Below, piece by piece: positions 1 through 15,600 of a stretch of 64,000 bases of DNA. The DNA comes from the human T2T-CHM13v2.0 reference genome, Homo sapiens, in NCBI RefSeq assembly GCF_009914755.1, contig NC_060926.1. One strand, written 5' to 3'. Every line of letters starts with the position of its first letter. The stretch's first letter is position 1. A program made the position numbers and the translations under genes. The notes below the pieces were generated by a model. That model searched no databases, was not told the origin of the DNA, and saw only the letters and a list, made by a program, of their open reading frames with translations.

Positions 1-19
1 ATTTTTAGCTACTATTCCT

Positions 20-446
20 TTTTATTTGTTTGTTTCTGAGACTGAGTCTTGCTCTGTTGCCCAGGCTGGAGTGCAGTGGCGCAGCCTTGGCCCACTGCAA
101 CCTCTGTCTCCCAGGTTCAGCAATTCTTGTGCCTCAGCTTCCTGAGTAGCTGGGATTACAGGCTTACACCACCATGCTCTGCTAATTGTCTTTTTTTTTT
201 TTTTTTTGAGACGGAGTCTCGCTCCGTTGCTGGGCTAGAGTGCAGTAGCGCGATCTCGGCTCACTGAAACCTCTGCCTCCTGGGTTAAAGCAATTCTCCT
301 GCCTCAGCCTCCCATAATTTATTTTTAGTAGAGATGGAGTCTCGCCGTGTGGGCCATGCTGGTCTTGAACTCCTGGCCTCAAGTGATCTACCCACTTCGG
401 CCTCCCTAAGTGCTGGGATTACAGGCGTGAGCCACCCCGTCTGGCC
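20..446 (-). mobile_element. Composite Alu: older Alu with a 5'-truncated Alu inserted in its central A-rich linker
   Basis: Right arm 37-186, second poly-T plus partial right arm 191-313, left arm 314-446. Confidence 0.8.
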
Positions 447-513
447 TGTCACTATTTCTTTTTAAAAATATTTTTACTACACTCTCTTCTCCTTCTGGGA
501 CCTAAGTGTGTCA

Positions 514-812
514 CTTTTTTTTTTTTTGAGACAGAGTCTTACTCTGTTGCCAAGGCTGGAGTGCAGTGGTTTGATCTCAGCTCACTGCAAGTTCTGCCTC
601 CTGGGTTCATGCCATTCTCCCGCCTCAGCCTCCTGAGTAGCTGGGACCACAGGTGCCTGGCACTGCGCCCGGCTAATTTTATTATTGTGTTTTTAGTAGA
701 GACGGGGTTTCTCCTTGTTAGCCAGGATGGTCTCGATCTCCTGACCTCGTGATCCGCCCACCTCGGCCTCCCAGAGTGCTGGGATTACAGGTGTGAGCCA
801 CTGCACCTGGCC
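514..812 (-). mobile_element. AluY-type element
   Basis: Y diagnostics (ccattctc, ttagccaggatggtctcgatctc); degenerate TSD gtgt(g/a)tcac. Confidence 0.9.
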
Positions 813-1883
813 ACGTGTATCACCTTTTTGATATTGTCCTTGATGAGTCCCTGAAGCTCTTTCCTTTTTCCTTGTTTTCTTTCCCCCCAATTTCAGAATG
901 AATAATTTCTACTGCTTGGCCTTTATTTTCATTTATCTGGTGATATTTCCTTTATTATCAATTACAGGTCTATGTTAATACTCATTGTTGATTGGAAGTC
1001 TTTATCTTATAATTCCAGCATTTGGGTCATGTTAGAATTGCCTTCTGTTGAGTGTCTTCTCCCAGGAGAATGGGTTATGTTTTCCTGGTTCTTCCTATGT
1101 GAAGTAATTTTGGTTTGTATGAATATAACACTCTTGTTTATTCGTTCTCTTGTTAAACATTTGTTTTTCTTCCAGTTTTGGGTCTTTATGAACTATTCTG
1201 TTGTGAACATACATGTACACAATTGTGTGGACAACTGTTTTTATTTTTCTTGTTTCTAGTAGATTCTAACTAGAGGTAGAATTCCTGGGTCAGATGGTAA
1301 GTGATAGTTAAATTGTTTTCGTAAGTGGCTGCATCATTTTGCATTCTAACTAGTAATGTTTTTTATTTTGTTGTTGTTGTTATACAACCCTCCCTCCAAC
1401 TAGTAATGTTTGAAAGCACCTCAGTGCACTTTTAATTTGCATTTTAAAAATCCCATGGAGTTGAGTCTCTTTTCATTTAATAACCATTTCTGTTGTTCTG
1501 GGAATGGTTAGTGTCTTTTTGCCTTTCCTTCTTTTGTTTCCTCCCTTCCTGTCCTTCCCTCCCTTGTCATTAACATCTAGGTACCCTTTATATGTTAAAG
1601 AGATTATATCTGTCTAGATAATTTGTGTAGATAATTTTTCTCTGTTACTCATTTTTCTTTTGGCTACTTTGGGTGTGTTTTTGTAAAGAAGTTTTTAATT
1701 TTTACATAGTTGAAATAACCTTTTATAGTGTATGGGTTTTAAGTTATAGTTAGAAAGTCTCCTGCACTCCAGGGTTATAAACTATATCACATTTTCTTTT
1801 AAACTTTATATTTGATACATTTAGATTTATCCTGCTTTAACATGTGCGATAGGTATCCAGTATTATTTTCTTGGTGGTAACTG

Positions 1884-3690
<1,807 letters not shown>

Positions 3691-3938
3691 AAATAGCTTT
3701 CAGATATGAAAGTTTGTCCCAAGTCTGAATTCTGTACTAAATGCAATTATCCAGATGGCAAATTTAAGAAAAAATGAAGCCATTTAAACTTATTTTTAAA
3801 GCTTATTAGGAGGGAATGAGATCAGGTTGTTTACTAGCTGTCCAAAAGAGAGTTTTTGCTAAATGTAACTTAGAGCAGGGGAGAAGGTGCTTTTATGAAT
3901 TACTTTTTTGTTTATTTTTTATTGTAATTTTATAATAA

Positions 3939-4207
3939 TTTTTTAAAGACGGGGTCTTGCTCTGTTGCCCAACTGAAGTGCAGTGGGGCAGTCATAGCTC
4001 CTCCATGGCTCAAGTCATCCTCCCTGCCTCCCAAGTAGCTAGGACTACAGGTGTGAGCTGCTATGTCCAGCTGATTTTTAAATTTTTTGTAGAGATTTGG
4101 ATCTTGATTTGTTGCCCAGGCTGGTGTTCACCTCTTGTCCTCAAGTGACCTTCCTGCTTTGGCCTCCCAAAGTGCTGGGACTACAGGCGTGAGCCGTCAC
4201 ACCCAGC
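3939..4207 (-). mobile_element. AluJ-type
   Basis: Diverged Alu dimer. Confidence 0.85.
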
Positions 4208-4346
4208 TCATGAATGACCTTTTTGAATATCCAGGAAATCTTTACAGAAAATTGCAAGGGCTGTAGAAAAATAAATTATACTGATAGGATTTATAAATTC
4301 AAAGCAAAAATTTATTTTGGAAAAGTAAGGTTAAAAGTGGGTTGTT

Positions 4347-4658
4347 GGCCACGCACGGTGGCTCACAGCTGTAATCCCAGCACTTTGAGAGGCTGAGGCT
4401 GGCTGATCACCTGAGATCAGGAGTTGGAGACCAGCCTGACCAACATGGAGAAACCCTGTCTCTACTGAAAATACAAAATTGGCCAGGCATGGTGGCGCAT
4501 GCCTGTAATCCCAGCTACTTGGGAGGCTAAGGCAGGAAAATCGCTTCAACCCAGGAGGTGCAGAGGTTGTGGTGAGCCGAGATCTCGCCATTGCACTCCA
4601 GCCTGGGCAACAAGAGCAAAACTCTGTCCCCCAAAAAAAAAAAAAAAAAAAAAAAAAA
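4347..4658 (+). mobile_element. AluSp-like, full length
   Basis: cctgaccaacatggagaaa and gcaacaagagc diagnostics; TSD aaaagtgggttg(t/c)t at 4333 and 4656. Confidence 0.9.
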
Positions 4659-6612
4659 AGTGGGTTGCTGTGATACACTTGGTCAGGATCCTGAAGAACA
4701 TCATTATTCTTTAGAGAGCAACAAACATGTATATATGCTTAGAGAAATGCTTAATAGGAAAGTCATTTGAAACCTATTTGTATTATTACAAAAATATTTG
4801 AACTTTGTGTCACTGAAAAACAAGAGCCTTGAATTTAAAGATAGTGATTACATCCTTAAATTACAATTTAAAAAGTTCATATGTCAAATGCCAATTAGCT
4901 GTTAGCAGTTTTTTTTTTTTTTTGTCAAAGAAAAAGCGAGAGAAACTTCTACCATCTACTTGTACAAAATTTCTTCTTTATGGTGACTATCGAATTTTTA
5001 GAGTTCATAAAAATATCTTAAGGATAATATGTAGTTATTTCATGTGTAAAACTCAATAGAATTGGTAGGTTAATGGAGGCTAGTTTACATTTGAAAAGCT
5101 TTTATTTTGGAGTTTTAAATAAATTTAATATTTAATATACTTTCTAATTTTTTTCTTTTTCTAATAACAATTTTCAAACCTCTTCCTCTCCTTAAATGTT
5201 TCTCATCTCACATATAAGCATTAAAGTATTTTTATATGAGCATTAAAAAGTATTTTTTTAGTCTGAGATTTCTACGGTTCTGTTCTTATTTTTAAAATTA
5301 TTGCAATGTATTTTCTGTACGCTTATTCTCTGAACTTTGACTTGTTTTTTTTAATTTTCAAATCTTAATTTTTAAAGTTTGCTAGTAGTATAAAGCGAGT
5401 GGTTTTAAAGAGTGATTTTTTTTGTCATTCAGCACTTTACTCCCTGCGGGAGAAAATGTGACTTTTTGAAGGTTGAGCCTTCAAAACCTTTTTTAAAGTT
5501 TAGTAGATAACTTTACTTTTTTAGATTGTGTCCTGTACCACATTTTTTTTGAGACAGGAACCAAATTAGCTTTTAGAGTCTAAGCAACTTATGAAGTTAA
5601 GTAAACTGTGATATTTCCCCTCATATTTTTTAAGAATTGGTGAAAATATTGTTGTCTATGATTATTATCAAATGCTGTAATTTAGCAGTCTGCCTAACTA
5701 ATGTAGACAGACTTTACATGATTTAGTTCTTTTGGGATATTTAAAATTTAAATCTAAGGTAGTAGAACATTAGTTACTGCTCCCCAAAATGTAGTAGATT
5801 ATTTTGCTGTGGCATTTAAAATACATTAGAAGTGATTAAATAAATTATGGTATATCCATACAATTGGATACTGTATGCATTTATTCTTGTGTTTTGAGAA
5901 GAGCATTTTTGTTTTGATTACATATTGACTGTTTTGTATTAGGTTCATTTGATCCTTTTGGTGTTTATTTTGAAAGTAATTCATTGATGAATATACTCAG
6001 CCTAGGAAATTTGATTTTGGCCAAGAATGGGGTCTTGATCAGTCTGGTAAGCTGGTTAAATGAATGTTTCTTAAGGGAATTTCTACTGTAATGTGGTCTG
6101 TACTTCAAATATTACTGTAATATTTAGGAGACGATATTTACACACATAAAAATATGTGTGGCTTATGGTTGAAATGAAGATTAGTCAAAAGAAAGGATGC
6201 CTGATAGTTAAAATGATCAGGAAAGACTTCCTGGAGAAGTTTTAAGTTGTGATAAAAGTTTTTTTGTTGTTGTTGTTGTTTTTTTTTTTTTGGGAGGGTG
6301 CAGTGTGAGCGTAGATAATATGTGAGGGGGGAATAGGGAATAGACAAGATATAAGGGAAAAAAGAGTAGCAGGTGTAGTATGCTTAGAGCTGGGTTTATG
6401 TAAGCAAGTGATAGCAGATGCTTATAAAAATTGGAAATGATTATGGAGAACTTTAATATTCAGCTGAAGGAATCAGAGAATGATATAATTGTTCATGTGG
6501 ATGGGCCTTTAGGAACAATTTTACAATGAACAATTTTACAGAAATGGAAACAAGCTTGTACTTAATCTTGTAGCCAGTAGAGCATCATTTGAAGATTTTT
6601 GAGTTAGGCCGT

Positions 6613-7440
6613 TTGAAATTGGGAAATATGTATTTGGTCTTCAACTCCATATTCGGACATACAACTCCTATAATTCTTAGAAACTCCAAAGTGACGTCTG
6701 TTTGAGTGCTAATGGGATGACTGTTGGCTGGCAGCCCCTAGGTAACTTCAAGATGGGGCTGGTCACTTGAAAGACCAAGGCATGATTAGTGAGTTGGGAC
6801 TTCCAGCCCCACCCTCCAACCACTGGGGCTGAAGGTTAAGTTGATCACCAGTGGCCAATGGTTTAATCAATCCTGTCTATGCACTGAAGCCTCTATAAAA
6901 ACCCAAAGGACAGAGTTTGGAGAGCTTTCAGATAGCTGAACACGTGGAGGTTCTGGGAGGGTGGTACGCTCGAGAGGGTGTGGAACGTCTACGTCTCTTC
7001 CTACACACCTCACCCTGTGTGTGTCTTTATCTGTATGCTTTGCAGTATTATTTATAATAAACCAGCTAATGTGTTTCTCTGAGTTTTGTGAGCCACTTTA
7101 GCAAATTAATTGAACTCAAGGAGGGAGTATGGGAAACTCATCTTCAAGCAGGTGAGTCAGAAGTTCCAGAGTCTGGGGCTTGTGACTGGTGTCTGAAGAA
7201 GGGGGGCAGTCTTGGGGACTGAGCCTTCAACCTGTGGATTCTGATGTTATCTCCAGGTAGATAGTATTGGAATTGAATTACAGAACACCCAGCTAGTGTC
7301 CACTGCAGAATTGATTGCTTTTTTGTTGTTGGGAGAAACCCTCCACACATTTGGTCCCAGAAGTCTTCTGTGTTGATTGCTGTGGTGGTGGTGTGTAAGC
7401 AGAGGAAAAAACAATTAGAGCATTGTTTTTAGGTATATTA
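6613..7440 (+). mobile_element. Solo ERV LTR, MER21-family, sense to ACTR3
   Basis: Recognised MER21 blocks (aaagaccaaggcatgattag; cagatagctgaacacgtggagg; atctccaggtagatagt); U3-R-U5 order CCAAT 6855, TATAAAA 6894, AATAAA 7056. Confidence 0.8.
6855..6900 (+). promoter_or_regulatory. LTR core promoter: CCAAT (6855-6859) and TATAAAA (6894-6900); CRE-like TGACGTC at 6692, E-box CACGTG at 6941
   Basis: Motifs read directly; activity not shown. Confidence 0.4.
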
Positions 7441-7965
7441 TTCTCTTGTCCTTTGTAGGAGTTCTAGAATTGGAAATACTGTTTTGTCCTGTTTTAGGGT
7501 ATTGTTGGGTATAGCAGCTTGAATTGTGGTGGTGACAAATAAGAATAAAAGTAGAGAGATTAATATGTGGGATCAGACCAAGGAATAGTTAGGTATTAAT
7601 AATTCACTATTGGTTAGATAGTAGTAGGCTTTTAGGTAGAGTGTTTTGGTTCAACAGTTTCAGACTGCTTTGTATTAAACAAGTTTTTATTTTGGTATAG
7701 TAGACTAGTCATTTCCATTTGTCCACTGGTAAGGTATTAAACTATACTGGATGGGAAGGAGAGCATCTAATGTAGTAGGAGCAGTGTTAATAGTGGCTTG
7801 GTGGCATGAAATGAGTTGGAGTGTTGAGAAATTGTCAGCTGTTTTTATGGTTAGGGAGTTTAATGTGGTGTCAGGGCAGCTGGGAGAGGTCAGAGGCCAA
7901 ATAATAAAGGGACTTTTTTGTATACATTACAAGGAAATTTTTTGTTTTTCGTTTTTTTTTTTTAA

Positions 7966-8832
<867 letters not shown>

Positions 8833-9828
8833 CCCAGCAGATTTTTTTTTTTCATTTTATCTTAGAAAAAAGATTCTTCAGATATTAGAGTCCAAGAATG
8901 TCACAGCAATTACCTGTCTGCTATTTATCAGTGAGTTTGAATATGGAATAATATAAAATGTTACATTCTCTTTAAAGCCTGCTTATAGTTAATAGCTTTT
9001 CCCACATAGCTAAAAAATGCCCCACTATCTCCTAAGTAGCCCCCACATACTGCTTGTCAGAGCTCAGCTTTTATAATTTCTAATCCTTATTTATGTTGTT
9101 ATTTTGTTAGAAGAATGTAGGCCAAGTCTACTGTGACAAAACATTAAATCTTATATTTATTTTTGAATAGTAATTAATTTGAATGGTATGAAACAATGTA
9201 CAATGAAAACAAATCTCCTTCTCATTTCTGTTCATCATGCCCCAGTTCCCTTTTTTGGAGACAACCAAAATTATTCTTGTGTAGTCTTCCAGAGATACGT
9301 TGTGCCTATACAAAATATTTCATATGTTTTTACTCCTCCCCATTAGTTTTATACAGATATACCATACTTGATACATTGTTCTGTATCTTTGTTCAGTAAG
9401 TAATATATTTTGGGAATTGTTTCCTATCACTATACTAAGAGCTTCCTCATTCTATTTTTTGTAGCTGCATAATATTCCATAGTATAAACTTAGCATATTT
9501 CAATAGTTTCCAGTTTGATTGATATTTAGGTTATTTCCAGTCTTTTGCTGTTAGAAGCAAGATTGTAGCTAATGACCTTGATTGTGTATTATTTCACATA
9601 TATTCCTGAAGGATCAATTTCTTGAAGTGGAATTTCTTTTCAGAAGCTCTGTGCATTTATAATTTTGATAGAATTGTGAAAGTAGGGGTTAAATGAAGTG
9701 AAACTATGGAATTTGGTATATTATTTACCTACGATGGAATCTCACTTCATAACAAATGAAATTCTAAGAAAGAAATGTATAATTGCTAAAATATTAGTGA
9801 AATCTTTATAAATTATTTTGTTTTGCAG

Positions 9829-9884
9829 GTATACAAAACTAGGATATGCTGGAAATACAGAACCACAGTTTATCATCCCTTCCT
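9829..9884 (+). CDS. ACTR3: ACTR3 exon 2 (56 nt): (G)YTKLGYAGNTEPQFIIPS
   Basis: ttttgcag| acceptor, |gtaagt donor; translation matches ARP3 residues 15-34. Confidence 0.97.
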
Positions 9885-10988
9885 GTAAGTATTTCTTTTA
9901 AGCCACAAATGAGCTGATTTAAAAGATCCCCTTCCCTAATAATTTAAGTAAAAGAAGTAATCAGTTCTGAAATCCTAAAAGATTTAGTCCTTTTAAAAAC
10001 ATGATTTGCCAGGTTCTAAGTGTGGCCTCATTTTTGTATGTCTGACTATTCATTTCAGCTTTATGTTTAGCTCCCCATTTGCCATGTCTACTAAATACCT
10101 CTTTTTAAAGAAAAAAAGAAATTAGCTGATAATGAAACAGTACCCCAATTTTTAGGGTGATATTGCAGTTAACAGTATGGGGGTATAACTAATTATCAAG
10201 TAGTCCATTCCCCATCATATACCTATGAAGACTGTCCTTTGGTTTGTGGATATGACTACTGTTTGTAGGGCCCGTATCTGTTGACGTCCTCACTAAGTGC
10301 CCATGTTTCAAAATATGGATGGAAGGACAATATCTCACTATCTCACCTTTAGAGATGTTGACCTCAGCTGTTTTCTAATATCCCATAACCATACTGTTGT
10401 ATGTCTTTAGAGTATTTTTGTTTTATCCTATTTTTGTTAATCTTGCTTAAGCTGACCATTAACTTTCAGTAGTTTTTAAAAAATATTCTGACATTGGTTT
10501 GTTAGTGCTCGTTTGTTAGCATAGGTCTGTTCCTTGATTAACGTACTTTTACACTTTTGACTTGCAAACAGTTCACGTTTTTTGTACATAATATAGTAAC
10601 ACTTCTGATCTAGTTGTCTTACAGCCAAATTAAAACTTTTGCATACCAAGTGACAAACCTTTTGAGCCGTTGCTTAGTGGTTCTCCTAGACATTTTAATT
10701 TTGAGAGTGTCACTGATTTTTCACAATCTTATTTATGTGACTGAATTTTTTGTATTTCATTGTTATTCATTTATGAAAATAAGAAAATGGAAAAATGAAT
10801 ATGTAGAGAGTAATGAAAGCAGTGTATGTTTCAGAATCAATGAAGTTGAGAATAAGATGTTAGGCTTTGCCAAAAACTGGATCTTTAGTATCACTTGAGC
10901 ACTCATTGGACACAAGAGGTCAACTGTTTTGTCATTTGTGTAGTAAGAACAAAATTAAGTGTGTGGCATTAAAGAAATAACACTGTCT

Positions 10989-11310
<322 letters not shown>

Positions 11311-11782
11311 TACACTTTCAAAATTGCACCTAAAAGGGGAAATGGTTTTAGGGTTTTTATCTACTCCTCACTTTCTAGAAACAAACTTATTTGACTTGTG
11401 TGTTTCTCCTATTTTGATACACTTTTCTAGGAATCAATTATGTAAGAACTTAGGCTACTGCCTAAATCTAATACTTCTTTAAAACCCAGAATGGATTTTA
11501 GTTGATATTGATGAAACAGCTCATTCGTGTGTCTAGTGGCCTTTATTATTACCTTTTAAATATTTTATTCATGCATGTTTGTTATCTACTGAACATGAAG
11601 AATAGGTTTGCTTTTCTTTGTAGTTTTTCTCACATTTATATGTCAATACGTTGATTGTTTTTTGTCTGTTTTTAAGAATTCGGTGATACATGTTGGCTTT
11701 ATTGCTGACTAATGTAGAGGTACTTCTTTGGGCTAGTACTTGACTTTAGTCGTATTTCAGTTTAGTGTTAGACCATCATGTA

Positions 11783-12197
11783 TGTACTTACTGGTTTCTT
11801 TAAGCTACCGTACGTAACACAGTACCAAAAATTGGGTGGCTGAAAACAACAAACACTTAGAATTCTGGAGTCCAGAAGTACAAAATCAATGCGTCAGCAG
11901 GGTCATGCTCTTGCTGGTGTCTTCTGGCTTCTGATGTTTCCTCAGGATCCTTGGCTGATAGATGCGTCACTCCAGTCACATGGCTGTCTTCTTGCTGTGC
12001 GTCTTTACATCATCATCCTTCTGTATCTGTGTTCAAATTTTCCCTTTCTATGAGGACACTAGTCATATTGTATTAGGGGCCACCTTGATAACTTCGTTTT
12101 AACTGTGAAGACCCTATTTCCAAACACAGTTACATTCTGAGGTACTGGCGGTTAGGACTTCATATCTTTTTGGTGATACACAATTCAACCTGTAACA
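11783..12197 (-). mobile_element. MaLR LTR (MLT1-type)
   Basis: aggacactagtcatattg, accctatttccaaa, ttaggacttca and terminal ...taaca motifs. Confidence 0.75.
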
Positions 12198-13541
12198 ATG
12201 CTGATGACTTTTAATCTTTTGTGTATAATCTTTTGTTGTGATTGTATATTTCAGGAGACTACTAAAGTTATTTCTGCCATCTTAGCAAAATTGGTTTTGG
12301 TTATATTCGTAAATGGCTGTGTTAACTTTTTGTTGGAGGCCTATATAATCTTGATTTTTTGAACCATTGGATCTCATCACTATTGAATCCATTTTTTATC
12401 TTATCTCTCTGCCAAAATATGAAGTCTTTGCCATGACTAGTTGCAGTATGTTAAAAATTCATTTGCCTGCTGTAAGAAGGTTTTTGATTTTTGAGTGTTT
12501 TTTCTCACCCACCCAGTTTTAATGCTGCAGGTACAGTGTTTATAATTAGCAGATAGAGACATTGCCACTGTCTTTTACTAATGAGTATTGATATTTGATC
12601 TGGAAAGCCTGTGCAAGTGGTTCAAGGTTTTTTTTATATACATGCATATTTATTTTTAGGAAATTTATAGTGAGCCACCTGGATGTCTATGTACACTGTA
12701 AGTAAATTGCTGGAGAGAATTTCTAGCATTTAGAAGGACTAGATGGTGGATTAAAATTTTTTTTCTTCCAGTTATTTTCTGCCCACTTTCTTAAGGATAT
12801 AGCTGTTACTAAATGAAAGTAACAGTTGAATGCCAGATCAGTTTAAGTGCATTCAGACAATTATTTTGAATGAAGAACTGAACTTGATGGATTCGTACAT
12901 TTATAACTTAATCTAAAAATACATAACAAGTTTTAGCTTTCAAACTGTATGCTGGATTTCTGCAATTATTTAAGGATATTGTTGTGGGTTTCACCTAAAT
13001 GAATTGAGATTTCCTTTTATATATGTAGTTTAACAGATCTGTATTACATTTAAATTACTAGACCACAATAGTAATTACTGTTACTAGACCCAATCACTAT
13101 TACTAGACCCAGTAGTGATAGGGTAGAGATGTAAAGAAAGTTTAAAAAATTATTCTTGAAGTTTTTTTCTCATTTGTGTTTTTCAGTTTTTTTCTTTCCA
13201 GTTGTTCATCAAGCATATGTGGATTTGGTGGGATTACAGTTTTACTGAGAATCAAAGGAGGATTTATATAATTTAAAAAATATATATTTGAAACTTTCCC
13301 ACAGATGTTGTTTTTCTGGCTTTTTGCATTTGAGGTCTTGTCTCTGAGTGGAAGTTGAGGTTTCGTTGTGTGAAATGAATTTTGTCACTGGTTTCTTATG
13401 ACTTTTGTGAATTAGTTTGACAATTTAAATAGGCTAGGTCATGTTTTACTTTGTAGTACTTTGTAATGGGAGAAGTGTAAGGTAAAAGTTTTTCTCATTT
13501 GAGGAAAATGAATTCTTTGACATGTCTAACTTATTTTAAAG

Positions 13542-13666
13542 GTATTGCTATTAAGGAGTCAGCAAAAGTGGGTGATCAAGCTCAAAGGAGGGTGATGAAA
13601 GGTGTTGATGACCTAGACTTCTTCATTGGTGATGAAGCAATAGAAAAACCTACATATGCAACAAAG
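13542..13666 (+). CDS. ACTR3: ACTR3 exon 3 (125 nt): (C)[41 protein letters not shown]
   Basis: taaag| ... aag|gtatgt; ORF track 13499..13693; continues frame of exon 2. Confidence 0.97.
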
Positions 13667-14339
13667 GTATGTTTTTATGATTTGTATAAATAACATTTTC
13701 AAAAAATAGTTTGTTCGATGCTTGTGCCCTCTGGAATTCACTCTATAATAGACCTTATTAATATCCTCAAACCTCTTCTCAGTAGAAATTTCTTTTTCCC
13801 TATGGCATCCTTCCCTGTTGCTTTAACTTTTTTTTTTCTTTTTTTTAATAACCCCTAAGAGGAAAGTTTTAGCCCTTTCAAATGAGCAGTATTTATTTTT
13901 CCACACCCACTGGATCTCAGGGCCCTCAATAAAATTACCTTTACTTCCACATTGCTACTTCTGCAAACTTTTTTCCCCATCTTTATTCAAACTTACACCA
14001 TTTTTCTCTTTTTTGAAGTTTATGCCATCTGTAAGTGCTGTTCTCTTTCTCCCTCTTTTTCTTTTTCCCTTTTTCTTTTCTACCCTTTTCCCTCCCTCTT
14101 TTAATTGAGGTGTAAGTATGTAAGTGTTAATTATACAGTTCGAAGAATTTTTATGACTGTAATCATAACAGGTAAAGAAACAGAACAAATCTAGTAACCC
14201 TGAAGCTTTCCTTGTGCTTGTTCACACAGTCACTACTCCATTCCCACCAAAAAATAAATGCTATTCTGACCTTTATCATCTTATTTTTTGACACTGACTT
14301 TGTCTGATTTGCAAATATCCTCCTTTGTACTTCTTCCCT

Positions 14340-15600
14340 TCTCATAATTTATTCATTAATGAACAACTACCATGTGTAAAATACTTTGCCATGTATCGTG
14401 AGTAAAATGGTGTATAAAAAAATTTCCCCGACTGCAAGGCTATTATAATGTGGTGGAAAGGAAGACATTGAAGAAATAATTACAAGTGTGTTGGGGGTTA
14501 GAAGAAGGGAAACACACACACAGTGCTCTGTGCATGTATCACAGGAGTAGCTAACCTAGTGTGGGGAATCAGGAATGTCCTCGAGGAGTAAATCTTTAAG
14601 CTGAGGCTTGAAGAATAAAATAGGAGTTAGCTGCTGAGGTGGGCAGGCTGAGTTGTTTTAGGTAGAGAAACCAATATATGAAAAGGCTTTACAGTATGAG
14701 AGGGACTAGAAGTGCATGACCAATATGCCTGAAGCATGGAGAACGAGGTGGAAAGAAGTGAGGAGGCTGTATAGGTAGGCAGGAAAGAGCACTGAATATG
14801 TTGTTAGACCATGTTAAAGAATTTGAACCCTATCCTATTGGCAACATTAATGAGTATACCTAGAGGAATAATTTTTGCACTTAAAGTGCAAATATTGGAA
14901 TCTGCCTGTTTGAACTTGAATCCTGTCTGTGCTAATTTCTAACTTTGTGATATCATTCAGTGACTTAACCTTTCTGAATTTTGATTTCTTCGTCTGTAAA
15001 ATGGAGATATTATTAGTACTTGAAGATTTTTTTCTTTTCTTTCTTTTTTTTTTTTTTTAAGACAAAGCCTCACTTTGTTACCCAGGATGGAGTTCAGTGG
15101 CATGAACATGACTCACTGCAGCCTTGAATATCCCAGGCTCAAGTGATCCTCCTACCTCAGCCTCCCAAGTAGCTTGGAATACAGATGCATGCCACTATGC
15201 CCAGCTAATTTTTTGTATTTTTGGTAGAGATGGAGTTTCATCATGTTGCCCAGGCTGGTCTTGAACTCCTGGGCTCAAGCAATTTGTCCCCTTGGCCTGC
15301 CAAAGTGCTGGGGTTATAGATGTGAGTTACCACGCCTGGGCCAGGATTGTTATAAGGCTTAAGGAGATGTGTATAAAGAAATTGTTATACTCTAGTGCTT
15401 TGAACATAATGGTTACTCAATATATGTTGGCTTATTTTACTTAGAAAAGATTACTCAGGCCACATAGACAATGAAGAGAAATTATTTGGGTAAGGTAAGC
15501 ATGATTCTGGGAAAACCAGATAATTGACTATTGCTATAGTCTAAGCAAGAGATATTAGTGACGGCAGTGGGGATAGAAATGGAAATTGTGTAAGTGCAAT
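14340..15600. mobile_element. L2/MIR remnants interrupted by an AluJ (15027-15342, minus)
   Basis: MIR core acttaacct...tctgtaaaatggagat; L2-like purine-rich blocks; Alu dimer. Confidence 0.65.

Noticed and set aside
5464-5486. 9-bp perfect hairpin TTTTGAAGG/CCTTCAAAA
   Set aside because: Short and AT-rich; expected by chance in 64 kb; too small for a pre-miRNA.
6513-6540. Tandem duplication gaacaattttaca x2
   Set aside because: Simple slippage with no functional context.
13524-13541. CTAAC only about 12 nt before the exon 3 AG with a weak pyrimidine tract, suggesting a U12 intron
   Set aside because: Intron 2 donor is GTAAGT, not GTATCCTT, and a normal-distance branch candidate (tttgAc, 13520) exists.
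14040-14102. Pyrimidine tract (possible triplex); also C-rich 49470-49570 and short (CA)/(TG) runs
   Set aside because: Ordinary low-complexity sequence without a clear mirror repeat or adjacent exon.
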